64,000 nt of DNA from Anthoceros angustus (lineage: Eukaryota; Plantae; Anthocerotophyta). Shown here piece after piece: positions 55,300 through 64,000 of this stretch (positions within the stretch are counted from its first letter, which is position 1; each line of letters begins with the position of its first letter). The DNA lies in assembly GCA_010909165.1 (NCBI GenBank), contig VJWM01000182.1, positions 394,030 through 458,029 of the forward strand, written 5' to 3'. Below the pieces are notes generated by a model. That model was not told the DNA's origin, did no database searches, and saw only the letters and a program-made list of their open reading frames with translations. The position numbers and the translations under genes were made by a program.

Positions 55300-56564
55300 T
55301 TGAGGTCATCCTACACTCAACGACTAGTCATCCCGAGTTCACGCCTTCACATCGCTGGCCCAACACAACAATATTGTCATCGCTATCCTCTGCGACACTT
55401 TGGTTGTTGTGAATCCTCACGCTCAATTTGTCCACGATCGCCTTTTGTCCACCGACATACAAATGTTTCGGCATTCAAAATAAAACCGTAATAAAGGATG
55501 ACAGATTATTCACATAGACCTGTATGTTTTTGGGATAAAATACCTTATTACCTTTTTTCCCAAAGTCTCCATCTTGGTTACCTCTTCCTCGTAGTATATA
55601 TTCCTCCACATACCGCCTCAGACGCTGTATGATCCGTCCGATACCGTGGATAAGAAAGTGAGGTTGTGGTGCATCCAACTTCACGTCCGTGACTTTCCCA
55701 ATCCGTAAAGGTTTGTTGTGTATGTGGTGCATGGCATGCGAGAACATTCCCTTTTGATTTCGAATATCGCCATTCAAGCGCCATTTCACGCTGCCTTCCA
55801 ATGTTTTGATATGCCCCATACATATCTCGCTGGGGAAGCTCCTCAACAATGCTTCTTCCAAAGAAAGCTTCATCCGTACATGAAGGCTACTGTCTCTTCC
55901 TCAAAGACGGAGAACCATTTCCAAGGACGGTCCGAACAAGGCCGATGTGGTTTTCCACAATAGAATCTCTCGTCACCTGCAATTCTTCCCACCACTTGTA
56001 CTCTTGGCCGTTACATAAGGTCGCATTCCAAGTAACCCATCCTTCAAATGAGCCACACCGTTGGTGTGTGCCCCGCGTTCCTTTTTATCCTGCACGTAAG
56101 GACATCAGGGCATGGCATGGAGAACGAAAATTTAAGAACTCCAAACTGCCTCCGTTTCCCAAAGCGGAGATGTTGAATCTTGCTCGATGATCGTGACTGT
56201 GCCGTTTGTTGTAATTTTGAACGGCCGGTATGATGATTATTCAACTTCTTCACCGCTGCTGCATACTTCAGCCTCCTGTCCCCTGCCCATATTGGCCATA
56301 CAAATCTGGAACCTCCACCAGAACCTTCACCTCTGGAGAGGGAGTATAGGCCTCCTGCAGAATGTGTGCCAGTATGGTAGCGTGTGCGCTTCTTTGTGTT
56401 TCAGGCTTTTGGAGAAGCAGGAAAACATCTGGTCTATTTGGTCATGAGTGTGACCAACCAACAGGAATCCCACCTTCACTTTTTCGAACGTGCCCATATC
56501 AACGAGCATGTTCAGATACGCAAATAATAGCTGATTCTTGTTCTCCCGACATGTATTGTCAAGT
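55300..56564 (-). mobile_element. Sola-like DDD transposase, C-terminal remnant
   Basis: LDNTCRENKNQLLFAYLNMLVDMGTFEKVKVGFLLVGHTHDQIDQMFSCFSK. Superfamily assignment by motif recall only. Confidence 0.62.
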
Positions 56565-59419
56565 TTGGCCATCATTTCCTTCATCTTGTTCCCTTGTTGC
56601 TCCACTTTTTGGCTGCCATTTCCACGTCCCTTCTCACCGCTTTGGCGTCCTTTTGCGTACACGCTCCTTCCTCTACTGATCTTGCTCCAACTCGTTTTCG
56701 ATTCCTTCTTTTTCCTTCCCATCATCACCTGACGAATCTTCCATTGCCATCGGTCTCTTCTCGTGAACCGTCCGAGGAATCTGTTGAGGAGCTATCTTCC
56801 TCCGTGGAATTGTCATCGAGGACGAGTACTTCTTCTTTTCTTCTTGGATTTCTTCTTGTCTCGCCATGCCCTCTCGTCCTTCTTTGATTTCTTTTTCTCC
56901 TCTGCGTTGGACTCCTTGTAGTTCAGGCGGCATTGATCGCCCGATCCAAGTCTTTCGGCCTTGAGCTTCCCCATCTCGGTGCCAGACCTCGCAAACCAAC
57001 GATTGCCATTAACTATGAGTGAGGATTGACGATCACGGTGTGAAACCTTTCCACATAAGCCTGCGGTGTCTCCATACGCGGATGGGTCGATGAATCGCCC
57101 AAAGGAGCAAAACCTTTTCACTTGGTGTAAACGATCTGGTATTTGGAAAATCCCTGTTGGATTGTGTCTTTGGGTGATTTTTTTGGTTTTTTGCTAAGTT
57201 TGGTGTCAAGAAGAACTAGGTTGTCGAGGAAGGAATATTTATAGTAGAAAGTGTCCTTGGCCTATGAGTTTTGGGGTTGTTTACGGAAATAATAATCGAT
57301 CCTTGGACTATGAACCGATACTCCTTGGCCTTTGGTCTTGGAATATTTAATAAAAGGCCTATATAAGGAAAGTGGGTCTTCATATTTGGCAGGCAATCAA
57401 GTCCATAGGCTAGTTGTCGAACCATAGGGCGTAGTTGAATTGGTGTGGTCATTGACTGGGGTGTGTAGCTATGTTCAAGGCGGTAGGAACCGGAAGGGCG
57501 CTGGAGGAAGAAGTGGTAGCCGGGTTGGCGGTGAGAGTTCGGGAAATATAACCCTAAGGTCCAACTCGGAAGGCACCGGGCGCGGCATGGGGTAGCTCAG
57601 GACAATTCTGACAGGCACGAGCTCTGACGAGGTCATGAAGGGCAGCCCCACAGTGGCGGTGGGAAGCTCATGAGTGGGAGGTAGGAACCTTGGAGTCACC
57701 AAGTTGGGAGTAGGCCACTACTCGTAGTTCGTGGCGGGAAGTGGGGTTCAGGGCGCCGGCAGCTGAAATTTCGATGCCCAACGGCCCAATATAGACCATT
57801 GGAGGGTCCGAGTGGAGAATTGGTAAGGAGCCGACTTGGGTTCATGGAAAGCGGTGGAATTATGAACCCAAGTCTGTAGGAGTGTGCTCCACCAAGGCTA
57901 AGTCACAAGGGAAGGAATCGGGGAAAGGCCTGGTTGGGATGTGGAGATTTTATGGGAGGATTTACGGACCGACGAGGAAGGAGGGCCCATGGATTGGCAG
58001 GAGAGGACGGGCGAGGATCGGAGGAGGGCGGAGATAACGAGGCAAGGAGTAGTGGCATCCTAGGAATAGAACTTTGGATAGGATGCCATCCGACCTTGTG
58101 TTCTAGGTTAGCTACTCCTAGAACACTAAGATGCTAAAAATGACCTTTATTGGTCATTATCTAGGACTTGAAGAGCATGCGATTAGAGCAAATCAAAGAG
58201 CATTAGCAAGGTTAGGCAATCTATCTCGCAGTCCGCCAAGAGGCTGCTGTTGAATCCTACTTGCTATTTCGGTTTCTACTTTCCCACCTATTGAACGTGT
58301 AGGTTGAGCAGGAAGGACACGAATTTGGTGCATCAAATCTATAGTGCTTATTTGTCTTCTTAGCATGCTTGCATGCTACTCCCCTAACAAAAGGGTTAGC
58401 AAGCAGGGCTGGCTTCAACAAAGTTAGCAGTTTGAAATCAAGGTGTCATATCTGCTCCTGCACATCACGTAAGTCTACACTAGGCCGCGATGGCGTCGCT
58501 AAAACGCGTCGATCTACATATCACGATGTGACTCAATTACGTTATTAATTGAGTAACACTTATGGGAGGGAAAACATGGGTTGTTAGAAAACCTCTTTGA
58601 TTTTGGTTTCTTTGTGGAAGGGCAATCACCAAGTGGCGCCTCGATCCGGGAAGAGAGATTCAATGGTATTGAAAGACTCCTTACTTCAAGAATGCGAACA
58701 GGCTGGTTTTGGATTCGAGTAGTCCATTCTCCCAAGTGTCGATGAAGCCGCCTCGCAAGGTGTGTGCCATGGTGTGCTCGGCCCTCTGCACTCTCGATTT
58801 TGTGGAATGGCTCACAGGCGAGGCGCCATTAGTGCCCTTCCAGGTTGGCCATTCATTAGGCCAGATTTTTGTGCTTTTAGAACTCGTTGTTGACATTCTA
58901 ATCTCTATAGTGCTTCCGACAAACTACTGCAGATCGGTGGTTGTCCTAAGATTTCCACCGATTTTGCTAGAAAAGCAAAGTGTGAGATGCGCTTAGGATC
59001 ACTTCGCTAATCCACAAGGAAATGTTCTAGCATCTATATAGGAAAACAGCACAAAACATTTTCTTTATTCTTCCTGTTTCTAGATCAAGAAAACATATTT
59101 CTAAATCAAAAACAACAAGAAAAATATTTCAGATGCATTCTTCATAATGCATTTTTCAATGTGCATTCGTAGGAATGCAACCTGCATCTACATGCTCTGA
59201 TACCATTACGAAATTCAGGCAAATGCAGATCAATTAATCATATTGATAATTACATTGTGTATCAAGAACATACATAAACATGTATACTACTTAGAATATG
59301 AAAAGACAACTTAACTTGACTTATGAATCATCGTGACCTAATCAAACGACGCAACCCTAATGAAAAGGTATGTAGCTATACCCTAACTAAACCCCTGAAC
59401 CCTAATCATCTATCCAACA
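56565..59419 (-). mobile_element. Decayed LTR retrotransposon pieces; probable 5' LTR at 59207-59419 and tRNA-Met PBS at 59194-59205
   Basis: Minus strand TGTTGGA...CGTA followed by A-TGGTATCAGAGC. Downstream are only broken gag-like charged ORFs; may be more than one element. Confidence 0.5.
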
Positions 59420-59433
59420 CAGATATTCCTTTA

Positions 59434-61760
59434 ATTTCACGCTGCTGCCTTCCAATGTTTTGATATGGCCCCAGATACATATCTCGTTGGGGAAGCTCCT
59501 CAACAATGCTTCTTCCAAAGAAGCTTCATCCACATGAAGGCTACTGCCTCTTCCTCCTCAAAGACGGAGAACCATTTCCAAGGACGGTCCGAACAAGGCC
59601 GATGTGGTTTTCACACAAGAATCTCTCTGTCTACCTGCAATTCTTCCCACCACTTGTACTCTTCGGCTGTTACATAAGGTCGCATTCCAAGTAACCCATC
59701 CTTCAAATGAGCCACACCTTCCGTTGGTGTCAGTGCCCCTGCGGTTCCTTTTTTATCCCGTGCACGTAAGGACATCAAAGGCGCTGCTGTTATGGCATCA
59801 GTAGGAACGAAATTTAAGAACTCCAAACCTGCCTCCGATTTCCCAAAGCGGAGATGTTGAATACTGCTTGCTCCTGATGACTGTGACCAGGCCGCGGTCA
59901 GGTTTGTCCTCCCGCGTAATTTTGAACTGGTGCTGGTATGATAGATTATTCAACTTCTTCACCGCCGACACTTCACCTCCTCCGCCCTAGACCATATACA
60001 TATGTCCGGAACTGAACCTCCACCAGAACCTTCACCTCTGGAGAGGGAGTATAGGCCTCCTGCAGAATGTGTGCTGACGGGTAGCGTGCGCTTCTTTGTG
60101 TTTAAGGCTTTTGGAGAAGGAAAACATCCGTCTATTTGGTCATGAGTGTGACCAACCAAGGAATCCCACCTTCACTTTTTCGAACGTGCCCATATCAACG
60201 AGCATGTTCGATATGCAAATAATAGCTGATTCTTGTTCTCCCGACATGTATTGTCAAGTTGCAAGTACAAAACTTTGGGCAGCACACCATCATAGTTGTG
60301 GATGACATCTTGAATGACGCGATAGTCAAATTGGCATCATTCGGAGGTTGGCGAAAAAACGCCTGGCTTTGTGGGTGTAGTTGTGGATCATGCACCACCA
60401 CGTGAACGGAAATGCATTCCTCCCTAGGTTTTTGGCCACCTCAACATGTGCGGTATCTCTTCTTCTCGGTCCATGCCATCGATACATAGTAACATATACT
60501 TATGTGGTTCCAACATAACTCTTGCTCCGGTGTTTTGTCATCTTCGCCGCTAATAGGCGCGGGCGCCCATTTGTTGATATTTCTCGCACATAACATATTC
60601 AACATAGTTTTGAGTCCCTTTAAAGTTGACAACTTACAAGATAAAAACATAGTATGATGTCCAGAATCAACGTTGTAAGCATCACCTCGGATGTATGTCA
60701 TTGACACCCCAACTTCCCTTCCTCCACCCCCACCACCTACCCTATGATCGAAACAAAGGATATAATGGGCGGAACATATTTGTCGAGCATTTCGGCAAGA
60801 AGGCGGTGGGGGCGCACCGGCGCCGCGAGACTGTCATTCCCCGCAAGGTCGACATGGTAATAGCGTGCCTGATGGCGGGCCCAAGCATGTGATAGGCACA
60901 TGCATGGGTTACAACGGGCGCCACCGCCCCCTCATGTGGGAACCATCCACACATAATCCTAAGGACATATGGTGAGACGATGGTGGGCGCCGTCACCGCG
61001 CCCACCGACCCACCGAAGCGGGGCATATTGACATAGTAGACATAACATGCCATTGAGGGTTTGGCCTAGGTCAACCACCCTCGATGCGGAAAACATGGGA
61101 TAAGGAAAAGAATGTACTTACCTTGATCAACCTTTGAGATTGTATTTCGTATAGTTGTTTTCAATCCGCAGAGCGAGCAAGTGGAGAATCTGGACTTTGG
61201 AATCTTTACCTGTGAAGTGCCCTTTCCATAGCTTCAAGAACCAGCGAGTCACATACCGCCTCTTTGTTCACAATGCCGCCTATATTCACCCCAAATTTCT
61301 AGTTTTGTGTATGTGTCGGGTAGGTTGAAGACCTCGATATTTGGAAGTCTCCCATGTTGAGGAAAGCATTGTCCATCCGGCTATTGCACTTAATGCATGG
61401 TGAGATCTGTTTTGGATTCGCCTCATGGCATCCCACGGTGCATTAGATGACTCTACTCTTCAACTCTTCATATCTGCGGCCGAGGCAATACACTCTTCCT
61501 CAAGGCGCAAGCAAAGATCGAAAGGATCCGGCCCAAGATGAGTAATTTTTTGCGTTACTCAGCCTTGTCGCACAACTGTATGAGGATTCCAAAATGTTTC
61601 GCTCGCCTCCCCATCCGTAAATAGCGATACCGTTGTTCACGAAACCTTTCTTTTGTCAACTGTGGAGACACATCCGATTGCAACATGCCTTCCAAATCAA
61701 TGTTGATGCTTTCCACTTCACATTTCCTCATTGGGACTCCCGCACTTTTGGCACAACACT
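59434..61760 (-). mobile_element. Second Sola-like transposase remnant, interrupted at ~60440-61100; 59434-60260 duplicates 55783-56564
   Basis: KVLYLQLDNTCRENKN and VGHTHDQID across frameshifts. Upstream fragment LPDTYTKLEIWGEY. Confidence 0.58.
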
Positions 61761-64000
61761 GTAGCTCGCAGACACCAAAGTCTCACTCACTGGTTTGGGG
61801 TGATAAGATGGCGGTCGCCGATCTTCGGGAGTGCTCTGGAAATCGTCTGCCTCCTCATTCAGTCTATTGCCGCATTCTTCGGTCGTGCGATGGTGAGTGC
61901 CGGACTCCACCGCAGTGAACAAGCTGCCTCTACGCATTCGGAGCCCAGCTTTCTGAGTGGCTTGGTTTCTTGCGGTAGCTGCTTGCTCACACCGTTGTTT
62001 GCATGGGGATCCCTCCAGGGCGGCATACCGGTTGAGATTTCTTGGTGTCCGTGGCAGGCACCTCGGAATGGTAGGGAGGCCGAGCCGCATGTCGGCCGTG
62101 TCCAAGAATCGGCGCCACCGGTATGCCATAGACTTCTACCAGATGATTAAATTCACAAATCCAACCTCCATGAGAAAGTGAAGTACACTTCGCGCCCGTA
62201 GTGCCTATGGGAGGGATGTCTGGCGTAACATGCGCCGCGTGGGCGTTTCAGTCCGCTCTTCTCCTCGTCTGCACCTCGGAAGTTCTCTTTCATATTGGGA
62301 TTGAACCTCACCATCCGCAGTGTATGCCTGCACAATCAAACGGGGGAATGAGGACATGGCTGCTCCTGATAACGCATCCAAGACGACGGCATTCGATTGC
62401 AAAGCACTCTGTGACTGACATCGGCGTCGTCTATGCAGTGAGTGGCACGAAGCATTTTGTTGGGCGTCTTCCGAGGTTGGACGGTGGAGGAGGGAATGAA
62501 AGAAAGAAAGGTTCCTTTCAACATTAGATAGGTTGGAACGACATTCGCCATGGAGGCCGCTTCCGATTACACCATCACCATAAACCATTCTTCATGAAAA
62601 CGTCGTTAAGTTCCTAATGTTTGCAGTGCAGGCAAGTAACGGGAAAGTCATTATGTTTGGTGATTAAAATAAACCCAAACGCAATGGGAGAAAGTGGTAG
62701 ACGTTAAGCTGTATGTACAAGATGGCGGCGTTAATAATGTTCCTACCGGGGTTCGAACCCATCGGCTAGTAGGAGTAACCGGTAAACCCTAAAAGCGCTT
62801 AAGCAGTGGAAACCTGAACGGGGTACGACGAGGCGCTTGAAATAGCAAGGTTTCATGGCCAAACAAAACCGGAGTGGAGCGCAACCAGTGGTCACTCAAA
62901 CGGCGAGCAATTGACAGCTTTGTGCAAGAGGGAGCGGCGCACGCCTCGAGGAGAGACTTGAATCAAGCGCCATCCTAGATTGCAGCCGAACGCGTCAAAT
63001 TGGGCGAGGGAGCACTAACATCTCGGCTTCGGTTCTCCATTTCGTGTTTGCTTTGTGCAAGAATTGACATGTTTGGTAGAATTGCGACGCTAATTAGCAG
63101 AGAAGGGCCCTCAAGTGGCTTGTATTGAATTGCATGATGGCGATGGGAAGAAGAAGGAAGGATCGACGGAACCGGATCCCCGAGCCTGCAGACGTAAGAA
63201 AACGCGAGCGAGCGGAAAGCAAGACTGGCAGAAGGCGATGCCGATGATTTGCAGGAAGACCTCTGCTGGAGGACATGCTAGCGACGGTGCAGGGCCGCTT
63301 CGCAGCGGAGGGCACTAAGTCGGAAGCCTGGTTTGGCGAAGGCAAGCACAACAAAATCGGGAGGCCATGAGAGAAGGGAAAAGGTGGGAAGAGGGTGGCT
63401 ATATTCCATCCCCTGAGGAGACATTTCGACGCCTTGGAGCAGATGGATGTAGTGAAGATCCTGACAAGGATTGATGGTTGTTCAGATCCGTGGGCTATGC
63501 ACTGGAGCAGAAATAAGTAGGGGTTTCGCTTTTTTTTAGGATTGAAGGATAAATAAGGCGGAAAAGGAGGAATAAATTGGGGTAGCGCCGACTCGAGTAT
63601 ACTCCGACTGAGAGTGAACAACGGACCCCTGCATCACTATGGCAAGCTCCGACTACGCCGGAGTAACGGATAAGTCCGAACCCACCTGTGTCAAAACAGG
63701 ATAAGTACGCCACCCGTAAATCTCAACCTATATGCGCCATGGAGGCGGCACATCTCGCGAGGAGAAGTGCGGGGAGGCGAGAATGTGGTCTGAATCAGTC
63801 AGGTGGCATTTGATGCCGAAAGCGTGGCCTATTTTGTGGGGATGAGTGATCGTGGGATACCAGCGAGGGGAGGATATTGGAGTCGAGGGATGAAGAAAAC
63901 GTGTTCACCGGTAGGAGAGCCACTAAATCTTATCATCCAAGCCAATGTGTGAATCTTTGCATGCTACTAAGAAAGTTGGAGTCGGCCCGGAGGAGACGAG

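Noticed and set aside
62741-62775. GGTTCGAACCC B-box suggesting a tRNA
   Set aside because: No A box or cloverleaf could be built on either strand.

Overview
Eukaryotic nuclear DNA from a compact land-plant genome with short GT-AG introns and high gene density. A flagellar gene (SPEF1) implies a flagellate-sperm lineage; the architecture fits a lycophyte such as Selaginella best (inference). Gene-rich core (9-52 kb): SPEF1, ATX1/CCH copper chaperone, transketolase, M14 carboxypeptidase, VPS60, SAHH, DBP2/p68-type DEAD-box helicase, PP2A A subunit, PSAL and a two-B3-domain REM gene. Transposon debris lies in and around it: CACTA, pogo-like, PIF/Harbinger, Ty1/copia, Sola-like, RLE (CRE-like) non-LTR fragments and a three-LTR tandem TRIM with a perfect TSD. 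The most interesting signal is a non-coding minus-strand cluster at ~20.0-21.1 kb. It holds two paralogous H/ACA snoRNAs whose 3' pocket matches a conserved 18S rRNA uridine, further structured segments, and a tRNA-like element at its 3' end. Several long near-duplicates differ mostly by 1-3 bp indels and may be assembly artefacts. All family calls come from motif recognition by eye; no searches were run.
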